Source: Octopus vulgaris
Lineage: Eukaryota
Direction of reading: 5' to 3'
Length of the DNA stretch: 64,000 bases
NCBI GenBank assembly: GCA_951406725.2
Contig: OX597839.1
Coordinates: 9,610,001-9,674,000 of the forward strand
Shown here in pieces: positions 24,311-36,530 of the stretch. Position numbers and translations under genes: made by a program. Positions within the stretch are counted from its first letter, which is position 1. Each line of letters opens with the position of its first letter. Below the pieces are notes generated by a model. The model saw only the letters and a program-made list of their open reading frames with translations, had not been told where the DNA came from and did no database searches.

Positions 24311-24996
24311 ATCATCATCATCATCGTTTAATGTCAGCTTTCCATGCTGGCATGGGTTGGACGATTTGACTGAGGTCTGGCGAACCAGATGGCTGCACCA
24401 GACTCCAATCTGATCTGGCAGAGTTTCCGCAGCTGGATGCCCTTCCTAATGCCAACCACTCTGAGAGTGTAGTGGGTGCTTTTACGTGCCACTGGCAAGA
24501 GGACCAGTCAGGCAGTACTGGCAACAGTCACACTCAAATGGTGCCTTTTATGTGCCACCTGCACAGGAGCCAGTCCAGCGGCACTGGCAATGAGCATGCT
24601 CGAATGTTTTTTCATGTGCCAGTAAGGCACTTCGATTGGAAAATGTTCCACTTTCCAGCCTGCGTCTTCACATTCCTCGAGGAAGTTTTCATAACGGTTA
24701 AATTTTTGAGCCCGAGCGGCGTCCATATTATAATAATAATGATAATAATGAAATTATTGTATACAGTGCTCAGGTGCACCACAATTTGTCAGACAGTGCA
24801 TATAAAGCATATGCAGTAATGTACAAATGTCTGGAAAGCGAACAATGTATGAGTCAGATACATGCTTGTGTGTGTATGGAGGAGAGAAAATCAGGTGTAG
24901 TGTTGGTGAATCTCAGAAAGCATGGAAGTTTTGAAGGATGCAGTGCTCCGACAACTAACAACTGATGCCGGCAGTTTGTTCCATGCTTCAGCAACA
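24311..24996 (-). mobile_element. Cluster of LINE fragments: RTE-type tail (24311-24626), RLE-domain fragment (24628-24726), CR1 3' end (24751-24996)
   Basis: RLE-like ARAQKFNRYENFLEECEDAGWKVEHFPIEV and CR1 [13 protein letters not shown]. Confidence 0.7.
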
Positions 24997-26223
24997 ACTA
25001 TTACAGGTGAACATAAGACAATGGTGATGATGACTGCTACTGCTGCCACTGCTATCACCATCATCATCGTTGTCGTCATCATCGCTGGCAATGTTATCAT
25101 CATCATCATCATTATCATCATAATTACTTTCAACAGCATCTCTGACAGACAATTACAGGGGAATAGCATGGTTTACCATTTTAACGTTTCCTTCCACTAA
25201 ATGGCTGGTACTTTATTTTACTGACCTTTGAAGGATGAAAGGTAAAACAGAACCAAGTGGAATTTCAACTCAGAATTAGCAACAAGACCAGATAAAGAGA
25301 CAGAAAGATTATCATCTTATCTATAGCCTTAAATAGTTACACAAACAAAATATCTGTGTAAATATATTATATATACACATCCCACACACATTACTGTTAC
25401 CATACATATGCCGCCACCACCACCACCTCTGTGTTACTCTCAACCTTGCCCTGCTTCCAAATGTTAAAGTGGAGGTGGGAGTACAACGACATCTTGTTCC
25501 AGCATCACTCTTAACACTGTTGAGGGTGGTGGTGGGGGGTGGGGAAGAGAGAAAGAGAGAAGCAAGAATGAAGGCAGCTACATCACAACAGTTGAAGAAT
25601 TGGGAAAACTAGCCTTATCTTCTTGATGAAAAGACAGAAGTGGCAGTGGTGGCCTGACACATCATTATTGAAGCTTTGATCAGGATGTGTGTGTGTGTGT
25701 GTGAGAGAGAGAGATGGAGATAGAAAGATGTGCTTCTGAAACAGCAATGTCAAACACATTACACTCATACTGGATCTCTCTCACCCACAGACACACAAAC
25801 TATCACAAAATATTACACACACACACACACACCATTACCCCACACTAAACTCAACCCATATCATACAATCACCACATCCACAATGAACTACTCACACACC
25901 ACCACCACCATCATCATCACATCTACACACACACATACATTAAGAGACAAGTGAAAGGAGAGAGATAACAAAATGATGTTAAAACAACACCACCCACCCC
26001 AGGATGTCTGAAATACCAACTGAGTTGATACCTCAGATACCATGTGTCTATCTTGTTATATGGGATATCAACACACACATTAATTAATTGATGTTTCCCT
26101 TTTTGTATAAGCATGTATACGAGTGCATATATGGGTATCATGAGTATGTTTGTGTATGCTTGTATGTGTATATAAGTGTATGTATTTATGTATGTATGCA
26201 TGTATATAGACACATATATACAT

Positions 26224-26652
26224 AGATGTTTTCCTGGGGCTAAAAGGAGTAACATCATCCCACATAGGACTGTCACTTTGTGTTCGCAAATAGACTTTAA
26301 TGCACAGTACTGTTACTACATAGCTCTTGCTCGGAGATTTAAAACTAGCTGTTTTGCTCTTTAGGAGATCAGCAACTGTGTGTCGCTTTAAAAAGTATAT
26401 ACTGTGAGTAAAAGTGAGTGGCTGCTATCTCTAGCCAGAGGTTGTCTTGTACTGACGAAGGGAAATTACCCGGACACCATTGGTCTACAGGTATCACTAC
26501 TGCTAGAAAGGGAGTAGTAGACTCCCTTGCTCACAGTATGTGGACACAGATCATGTGTCAGTAGCCAGCTGGAAAAGATGTTTCCCTGGAGCTAAAAAAT
26601 AGTAACATTGTCCTACTTAGGACTGCCACTTTGTGTTGGTAAATAGACTTTA
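26224..26652 (+). mobile_element. Retrozyme/Penelope-like unit: 352-bp monomer plus ~77-bp terminal direct repeat
   Basis: Direct repeats at 26224-26299 and 26576-26652, internal hammerhead-like fold, flanked by TA-rich microsatellite. Confidence 0.6.
26446..26491 (+). ncRNA. Type I hammerhead ribozyme-like motif (degenerate core)
   Basis: Stem I CTTGTA/TACAGG, CTGACGA core, stem II GGG/CCC, GGACAC where GAAAC is expected, stem III ACC-att-GGT, GTC cleavage triplet. Confidence 0.6.
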
Positions 26653-27166
26653 TTATATATATATATATATATAAATTGAAACCGAAATCAAAATCAAAGT
26701 GAAATTTGATGACGGGCACAAGCACCATACGAGCGTGATCGTTGCCAGCCTCGCATTACTGGCACTTGTGCCCCGTGCGAGTAGGGTGCTAAGAGCACCA
26801 TCTGAGCGTGATCGTTGCCAGAGCGGCTAACTGGCTTCTGTACCGGTGGCATGTAGGAGGCACCATTCGAGCGGGATCATTACCAGCATCGCCTTACTGG
26901 CACCTGTGCCGTTGGCATGTGTAAAAAATTTGAGCGAGGTACTGAAAAGTTGCTGGCATTTGGTAAAAGAAAATACAGGTGGATCAGTTAATTATGATTT
27001 TATTCAACATATTTTCCTCTTCAGATTCACACACTTATTGCAGTAGTTCTTCCGTCTTTCTAAACCCTGTAAAAGAACTCGGAAGGTTGGTCCCCCAACC
27101 AGGCCTTTCGTGATACCCTTAAAACCAGGAACTCTTTAGCCTTCCCTTGTGTGTGTGTTTGTATAT

Positions 27167-27375
27167 ACTCTTTACTTTTTACTCGTTTCAGTCATGTGAC
27201 TGTGGCCATGCTGGAGCACCGCCTTTAATCGAGCAAATTGCCTCCAGGACTTATTATTTGTAAGCCTAGTACTTATTCTATTGATCTCTTTTGCCGAACC
27301 GCACAGTTACAGGGACGTAAACACACCAGCATCGGTTGTCAAGCAATGCTAGGGGGGACAAACACACACAAACAT

Positions 27376-27424
<49 letters not shown>

Positions 27425-27573
27425 TACGACGGGCTTCTTTCAGTTTCCATCTACCAAATCCACTGACAGGGCTTTGGTTGGCCCGAGGCTATAGTAGAAG
27501 ATACTTGCCCAAGGTGCCACTGAACCCAGAACCATGTGGTTCATAAGCAAGCTACTTACCACACAGCCACTCC
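27167..27573 (-). mobile_element. SINE family A
   Basis: Similar to 825-1225. Confidence 0.85.
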
Positions 27574-28264
27574 TATAATACAGTATAGATGTGTGTTTGC
27601 TCAAGTAAGCAAGTGATGCACAAATCAAGTTGTAGAGAGAGAGAATATGATTAAAAGTAGTCGCACACACTCACACCCAAACAAGGAAACATATTTGGTA
27701 AGTAAAGTCCTAATTCTGCTCACTAACTAAAACTAAAGTATAGCAGCATGTCAGTTTGTCTATACCTACATACATATCTATGTACACCCCACCACAGCAC
27801 ACATAATACACGCATGCATACATACGGGGCAACTATACACACATGAACCGAAAAAGGGAACATCTTAATCTGAAGCATTTAATTAATGAGAACTTTCTGG
27901 AACTAATTAAATATTAGTTGGCACAATGACTAAATCTAAATGAAAAATAAATGAATGGAAATAATGAATACTGAATATACCTACATAAAGAAAATATGCA
28001 TATATTTACAGTTACATATTAAAATATATATATATATCATCATCATCGTCATCATCGTTTAACGTCCGCTTTCCATGCTAGCATGGGTTGGACGGTTCAA
28101 ATGGGGTCTGGGAAGCCAGAAGGCTGCACCAGGCCCAGTCTGATCTGGCAGTGTTTCTACAGCTGAATGCTCTTCCTAACGCCAACCACTCTGTGAGTGT
28201 AGTGGGTGCTTTTTACGTGCCAGACGAGTCTGGCAAACAGCCACGATGCTTTTTATATATATAT

Positions 28265-29100
28265 CATCATCATTTAACATCCATCGTCCATGCTGGTATG
28301 GGTTGGACAGTTTGATCAGGGCTGGTAAGCCGAGGGGCTGCACCTGACTCCAGTCTGATTTGGCATGGTTTCTATGGTTGGATGCCCTTCCTAACACCAA
28401 CCTCTCTCAGAGTGTAATGGGTACTTCCGTGTGCCGCCGGCAAAGGTGCAAGTTGCATGACACCAGTATCTGTCACAAATATGATATCACTTGCTTGATG
28501 GTGGTCTTCTTAAGCACAACATGTTGCCAAAGGTCACTTGTAATTGCCACCATGAGGGCCAACAGTTGAAAGGTGCTTTTTATGTGCCACTAGCATGGGT
28601 GCCAGTTACACGACACCAACAACTGCTACAACTATGATTTCACTGGGCTTGACGGGTCTTCTCAAACAGAGCCCATTGCCAAAGGTCTCAGTTACTAGTC
28701 ATTGCCTCTGTGGAGCCCGACATTCCAAGATCATGCTTCACCACCTCATCCCATGTCTTCCTGGGTCTTCTATGATTTCACTGGGCTTGACGGGTCTTCT
28801 CAAACAGAGCCCATTGCCAAAGGTCTCAGTTACTAGTCATTGCCTCTGTGGAGCCCGACATTCCAAGATCGTGCTTCACCACCTCATCCCATGTCTTCTT
28901 GGGTCTTCCTCTTCCACAGCTTCCCTCCACTTTTAGAGAGCGGCATTCTTCCCACAGCTGTCCACATCCATTTACATCCACATGACCATACCAATGCAGT
29001 TGTCCCCTCTTGCACACCACTTCTGATGCCTCTTATGCTTACACACTGACATTGCACATCCAGCGAAGAACACTAGCTTCATTTCTTTCAAGCCTGCGTA
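28265..29100 (-). mobile_element. RTE LINE 3' fragment with an internal 138-bp tandem duplication
   Basis: LHWYGHV and VEGSCGRGRPKKTWDEVV motifs; duplicated units start at 28632 and 28770; (GAT)n tail. Confidence 0.8.
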
Positions 29101-30801
29101 TGTACGATTGCATGTATGTATACGTGTATACTTGCGTGTGAGCCTGAGGTGAGGAGGAGGACAAGAGGTAGATAATGATGATAGAGATAAAGATAAGGTT
29201 CCATATCTATACAATAAATATGTTACAGTATATATGGAAGAGTGTAGTGTACAAACACACAGAATTTTCCCTTAGACACAGTTTGCTAAACAGAAATGCT
29301 AAGTGAGAGAGTAGGTGGGGGTCAAGCCATAACCCCTGATATGTTTGTTGCAAAGCTAAATATATTTGAAATATATTTATATTTTATAAACACACATACA
29401 CACACACACGTGGGTGGGTGTATGTATATTTTACAGTGTTATATATTCTTTACAAATATAGGTTTATGTATAAATATAGAAAGAGAAAAAAGTAGTGCAT
29501 AAGGTGTGTATATCAAATCTATGTCATATGTGATAACATAAATGAAAGTGCCTATACATGGCTGTATGTATAGGAATGGAATATCAAGTGTATATACGAA
29601 CAGCAGCCACTACTCTGTGATTTTTTTAGTAATTAAAATTTTACTCGCAAAATTCAAGGTACATGTAAACAGAATTACAGATCCTGAATTTTAATAATGT
29701 GTGTGTCCCAAAGAGGAAGGAAATCTCTATAATGCCTGCCATGAAAAATGCATCCAGTATACTCTGTGAAGCAGTTGCTGTAATGAAGGGTACCCATCTG
29801 AAGAAACCATGCCAAACCTGAGACAGCGGAATAAGACCCGATCCCCTGACTTGTTAGATCCTATCACACCATCCAGTCCATATCAGACAAATGATGATGA
29901 TGATGATGATGATATAAATTCCTCGTTAGGTTGTAAGAGACATGAAAAACATTTCTTTCACAATACAACCTGAATAGGGAAAAACAAGAAAAAGGACAAG
30001 AATAACTTCATTTCTCCTGAATCTATTATGAGATCCAAGCCACAATCAATCAATTTGGCTATAAAATAAATAATTGGAGAAACAACACACACCTCACTTC
30101 CGCCTTTTTCTCCAACCTCCTTTGCTCCGCTGAAAGCTTGTCATGAATATTTAACTGGATTGTCAATCAATTTGATCAGAATACAAGTGAAGTAGAAAAA
30201 AGAAGAACAACAACAACAACAGAACCTTCCCCCCCTCCCCTCTGTCATATTCTCCTGTCTTTTCTCTTTTCACCCCTGAGTCTATCAATTATGTTAAGAA
30301 ACAGTTGTTATAGCAGCAGGAAATGTTGATATTTAGATATTTATGTACTACTGATAGATGAAAGAGAGTTAGAATATGTGATGACATGTCATTTATGCAG
30401 ATCAATAATTCATATATAATATATAAATATGTGAATAGGTATCTGTGTGCTTCTGAGAGTGTATGTATAAGTATGTATATGTGTATATATATATATATAT
30501 ATGAGAGACAACCTGGCCACTGGTGGTGGTGTAACACACCATACTAATCATATCTATCGGGCACGTGGAAGAGAGTGTAATTCGGCAGGAGGACTTAAAC
30601 GATATGCAAAGGTACATGAAGCCCAGTTACAACTACAGCCAGCTATTACCAGTAAAGGTTTTAGTTGCCAATTCTGTACAAGACATTGAAGATCTTTAGC
30701 TGGGCTAAAAAGTCACATTCGATCACAGCACCAGTAACAGTTAAGCTTTGTGCAATGGCCATACTCGATAACGAGGGGGCAGCCATAATATATATATATA
30801 T

Positions 30802-31272
30802 CGAAAATCAAATTTGATGACTGGCATCCGTGCTAGTGGAGTGCTAAGAGCACCATCTGAGCGTGATCGTTGCCAGAGCAGCAAACTGGCTTCGTGCCGG
30901 TGGCACGTAAAAAGCACCATTCGAGTGTAATCGTTACCAGCGTAGCCTTACTGGCATTTGTGCTGGTGGCATGTGAAAAAACATTTGAGCATGGTCATTG
31001 CCAGTGTTGCTGGACTGGCTCCTTTGCAGGTGGCATGTAAAAAACACCATTTGAGCACGGTCGTTGCCAGTACCGCTTGACTGGCCCTCGTGCTGGTGGC
31101 ATGTAAAAGCACCCACTACACTCTTGGAGTGGTTGGAGTTAGGAAGGGCATCCAGCCGTAGAAACTCTGCCAGATAAGATTGGAGCCTGGTGCAGCCATC
31201 TGGTTCGCCAGTCCTCAGTCAAATTGTCCAACCCATGCTAGCATAAAAAGCGGATGTTAAACGATGATGATG
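30802..31272 (+). mobile_element. RTE-associated 3' end with diverged subrepeats
   Basis: Same tail family as 2648-3299; further copies near 20991, 26690, 28038, 31871, 32883, 50228, 59675 and 62200. Confidence 0.75.
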
Positions 31273-32422
31273 AGATGATGATCATATATATATAAATATA
31301 AATCAATTATAATTATCCAGGTACTTGGATGGTATTTTATTTTGTCAACTCTAGAAGGATGAAGGGCAAAGATGACTTCAGTGGGATTTGAACCCAGAAC
31401 ATAGAGGGCTGTAACTAAACATTGCAACACATTTCCCATGACACTCCAATGATTCTGTCAGTTCATAATTTTTTGGTGGGTGGGCAGAGCTGATTAAAAC
31501 ACCTCAGTATTTAGCTGGTCCAACCCATGCTAGCATGAAAAGCGGACGTTAAACGATGATGATGAGATATATATATATATATATATAAATATAAATCAAT
31601 TATAATTACCCAGGTACTTGGGTGGTATTTTATTTTGTCAACTCTAGAAGGACGAAAGGCAATGAGGACTTCAGTGGGATTTGAACCCAGAACATAGAGG
31701 GCTGTAACTAAACTTTGCAACACATTTCCCATGACACTCCAATGATTCTGTCAGTTCATAATTTTTTGGTGGGTGGGCAGAGCTGATTAAAACACCTCAG
31801 TATTTAACCGGTGTTTACTTTGTCAATTCCAGAGAGAAGCAAGGTAAAGTTGACTTTAGCAGGATGTGAACATCATCATCATCGTTTAACGTCCGTTTTC
31901 CATGCTAGCATGGGTTGGACGGTTTCAAATGGAGTCTGGGAAGCCATGAGGCTGCACCAGGCTCCAGTCTGATCTGGCCATGTTTCTACAGCTGGATGCC
32001 CTTCCTAACGTCAACCACTCCGTGAGTGTAGTGGGTGCTTTTTACATGCCACCGGCACAGGTGCCAGGGGAGTCTGGCAGCAGCCATGATCAGTTGGTGC
32101 TTTTTATGTGCCACCGGCACAGAAGCCAGTCAAGGCGGCGCGGGCATCGGCCACGTTCGGATGGTGCTTTTTACGTGCCACCGGCACAGGTATCACAACT
32201 ACTATTTCCATTTGATATTTATTTCAATGTTCATGTACTTTGAATGGGCTGGGGCTATGCGGAACTGGTGCAGGAAGCAGCCCGGGTCTTTGCAGTCACA
32301 GCATATCTCCAGAGATATGAAACACAAAGGCTTGTAATTGAATGCTATAAAGTCTTTTGTTCTCCGTTTTCCCATTCTGCCAATTCAGACTAAAAGAATT
32401 TCTTCCTCCTTTGGCAAAAGGC

Positions 32423-32453
<31 letters not shown>

Positions 32454-34265
32454 CATGCATGTGTGATGGGGAAGGTCAGGGAGTTGGGAAATGAGTTGCG
32501 GAAACTGGTGTTAAATGAAATCCAATATTTGATTGATACTTTATTGTATCAGAACACAATTGAAAAACAACAAGAGCCAAAATCCAAGTCAAACAAACAC
32601 ATGTCGACATAGTCGCTAAACAAGCTAAAAATAGCAGCCAATTTCCCCCTAAATTCAGACTGTAAAATGTGGCAAACAATAAGATATAGCAGTTCACTGC
32701 TGGACATTTCCTTTTTCATGTCTGAATATTAGTTTTGGTTGCTCTACCGACTCTTAAAGCTGCTACACTAACTTAATGATGACTGGGCACTGACGAATAA
32801 AATACTCGTTATTGCAAGTTAATTGGACTAAAAGCTATATGAAGTAATGTATTTTGCTCAAGAATACAAAATACCTCCCAAACGGAATTGAAACCATGCG
32901 TGGCCGTTGCCAGCCTCGCCTGGCCTCCGTGCCGGTGGCATGTAAAAAGCATCATCTGATCGTGGCCGTTTGCCAGCCTCGTCTGGCATGATAAAGCACC
33001 CACTACACTCATGGAGTGGTTAGCGTTAGGAAGGGCATCCAGCCGTAGAAACATTGCCAGATCAGACTGGGCCTGGTGCAGCCTTCTGGCTTCCCAGACC
33101 CCAATTGAACCGTCCAACCCATGCCAGCATGGAAAGTGGACGCTAAACGATGATAATGATGATGATGATGATTTTATGATCAAGAACCTGGTTGCTAAAC
33201 AACTAAGCTATGTGAATTCTCATTTAATTTTTTTACATTGTAAAATTTATAATATTCAGGAAATTAAATGGTATAATATAATCAAAGATACATGATGCCT
33301 GAAAAAAAATAGGCATGGTCCGAATGTTTTTTGATTGTATGTCTTGCTCTGTCAAAGGCTACCCAGGAGCTAATTGTTGACAACAACATGCCACCTAGCA
33401 CCATCGTCTACAATCTCTTCCACTCTTCTTCTCTGAAACTACCACGAGATCCAACAGGCTGTCAATCAATGATGTTAGCAAGCAGTTGTTAGAGTGGCAG
33501 GAAATGTTGATATTTAAAAGTTTATGCTTGTGAAATTGGAGAGAGAATGTGATCACATGTAGTTTAATACAGATCAATGTGTGCATGTGTGTGTGTGTGT
33601 GTGTGTGTGTTTGCAATACACACACATACACACATATGCAGAGGTGTTATAGTAGCAGGAAATGTGAGAGAGGCTGTGACTGCACTTAGCTGCAAATGGA
33701 TCAATAATCCATAGAGATTAAATGTGCAACATTGCAATACATCCACAAGCCCCTTATAAATTATAAAGGCTTTTAGCTGTTGATGCCTATTCATAAGTCA
33801 GCACCTATTCAAGCAGAATAATGAGTACAACATTCCAAGTGTGACCATCACATCTTTTACTTATATGCAAAGAACCAAGGAACACATTACAAAATGTGCT
33901 CTTTTCTTAGACAGTTGGGTTGGATATGTTTGAACAAGATTTGGCTGTTATTTCTAGGAAGCTGAGAGACCATATAGAAGCTCCTTTGGAATTGCCTTTG
34001 TGTGTGTTAGCATAATAGTGCAGTAAAAATGTATGGATACATTACTGGATTTACTGTATCACGAATGATTATCTATTTCATTGATCTCGGATCAATCTGA
34101 CTTTCTAACAATGTTCTTACAAGGAACAACATAACAGGGTTTTGCAAACTAACAACGAATTCTCTACATAGTGTTTGGTTAAGGAGCTCAGTTTGCACCC
34201 ACATGGCCTTGGGTTCAGTCCCACTGCACAGCAGCTTAGGTAAATGTCATTGCTGTTGTTGTTGT

Positions 34266-34424
34266 TATTGTTCAGGTCACTGCCTGGGAATCGAACTCGG
34301 AATCTGGGGGTTAGTAGCCCGTGCTGTTAACCACTATGCCACGGGCATATGGTGTAGTGGTTAAGAGTGCGGGCTACTAACTCCAAGATTCCGAGTTCGA
34401 TTCCAAGCAGTGACCTGAACAATA
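34266..34424. repeat. Inverted (divergent) pair of tRNA-like SINE heads
   Basis: Arms 34266-34341 and 34350-34424 are largely complementary, with an 8-nt spacer; each has A and B boxes. Confidence 0.85.
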
Positions 34425-34910
34425 TAACAACAATAATAATAATAATAATAACATCAAAAAATACCTTAGGGATGAGAACCCAGGTTCAAAATTTCCCCCA
34501 AGACACCCGATGAAGGCTTGAGGGTATATCAGCCGAAATGTATTAACAACAAACAAGATGAGAACAAATATCCGTTGAATGTAAATAATGTAAATAATGG
34601 TAATATTTTCTTTTTTGCCACTTAACCACAGGCAGTATATTACTTGTTCTTCACTTCAGTTTCACTATTGTTCTTATTTTAATGTCCTTTTTCTGAAATC
34701 TTTCATCACACATCCTGTAACCTCTTCAGTAATTCTCCATCCCCACGTGTCTCCTCCTGTCTTGTTTAGTCCATTCTCTATATTTCATATTTAGGCATGA
34801 TGTTACAACAAAAGGGCTGGGGACAAAATTAAATCCAATTTGGTTTTTGAGAAGTACTTTATCAACCCTAGTACACAACGGCAGGGGCAGCTGTGTTCTA
34901 GGGTTGATTA

Positions 34911-35268
34911 GGTGCAGGTGTGGCTGTGTGGTTCCAGGTTCAGTCCCACTGCCTGGCACCTCAGGCAAGTGTCTTCTACTATTGCCTCAGGCCAACCAAA
35001 GCCTTGTGAGTGGATTTGGTAGACGGAAACTGAAAGAAGCCCGTCGTATATATGTATATATATATATGTGTGTCTGTGCTTGCCCCCCCCCAACATTGCT
35101 TGACAACTGATGCTGGTGTGTTTACGTCCCAGTAACTTAACGCTTCGGTAAAAGGGACCGACAGAATAAGTACTAGGCTTACAAAGAATAAGACCTGGGG
35201 TTGATTTGCTCGACTAAAGGTGGTGCTCCAGCATGGCCACAGTCAAATGACTGAAACAAGTAAAAGAG
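34911..35268 (+). mobile_element. SINE family A
   Basis: Reverse-complement similarity to 825-1225. Confidence 0.85.
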
Positions 35269-36221
35269 GATGTTTTAAATACAGAAACATATTCTAGTGC
35301 AGTCGTACTCTACCAAATTATTCTACCATACACCACCTGGTGATGATGACAATGACGAAGCTGATGGTTTCTAACACAGGTGTAAAAGTACAAATTTAGA
35401 GCAAGAGATTAATTGATTAGATTGACTCCAATAATTAGTTGCTGCTAATTGTATTGCCCACTGGCCATTTCAGAAGAATGAAAAGTAAAGTCCAGCATCA
35501 AGTTGTGAACTCTGAATTCAAAGGGACATAATCAAACTATGAAAGAGGTTTTGCGCACCATGTCCACTGATTCTATGAACTTCCCACTCTTTGCTAATTG
35601 CCCATCAATGTATATTTGAATAGGGTTTAACCCTCTAGCATTCAGATTACTCTGTCAAATGTAAAGCCTGTTTAATCACATTGTTTTAAATTATTTCATT
35701 GGTCTTTACATCCTAAGTTCAAATTCTACCGAGGTTATCTTTACCTTTTTTTTTTCATCTTTCCAGGATCAAAGGAACAAAAGCAAAACAGTGCCAAGTA
35801 ATTTGTCTACTGTTTCCGTCATTCATCAATAATTCAACCAAGATTCATGATAAATAACTCGGGAGAATATAAATCTTTAAAAACAACAACCAAAGTAACC
35901 ACAACGAAAATAAACACAAACAGCAGCAGGTTTCAAATTTTTTGCACAAGGCCAGCAGTTTAGGGGGATGGGGCGAAGTTGATTAAAACGAACCCCACCC
36001 ACCCGGTCATCAACTGATACCTATTTTATAAGCCTTGAGGGGATGAAAGGCAAAATCAACCTCGACAAACTTTGGACTCAGAATGTGAAGATGGAAGAAC
36101 TGTCTGTCACTAAGCATTTCGCCCGGCATGCTAACGATTCTGCCAGCTAGTTGCCTTAACAACAGTAAATATTAGCTGCTAAGAAGTAGTACTACCACCA
36201 CCACCACAAGTAGTAGTAGTA

Positions 36222-36253
<32 letters not shown>

Positions 36254-36380
36254 TCGTTCGTTTATTGGCCACAGGGGCTAACAAAAATGAATTAAAACAT
36301 AAAGGGACAAAACACAAGATGAAATTTACAAAGGGTTTTGTCCATTTGGAAAAGATGATGATAATGATGATGATGATAAT

Positions 36381-36530
36381 TGGTGCACTTTGCACTGCAC
36401 CCAAACTGCTAGTTAAGAGATAGAGGATATCGGAACTGAGACTCGCATTGTCAACTGGTAGAACAATGCAGTCTTGTAGTCTACAAGAATCTTAAGAAAG
36501 ATTCTTCAGATCTGAAGAGACTTGTTAGCA
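36381..36530 (+). mobile_element. 3' end of an RLE-type (R4/Dong-like) non-LTR retrotransposon
   Basis: GALCTAPKLLVKR..DIGTETRIV...RILRKIL remnant next to (TAA/TGA)n repeats. Confidence 0.55.

Noticed and set aside
34343-34420. Possible tRNA genes (also 720-779, 10258 and 11762)
   Set aside because: A/B boxes are present but acceptor stems do not pair and the sequences continue into SINE bodies; treated as SINE heads.
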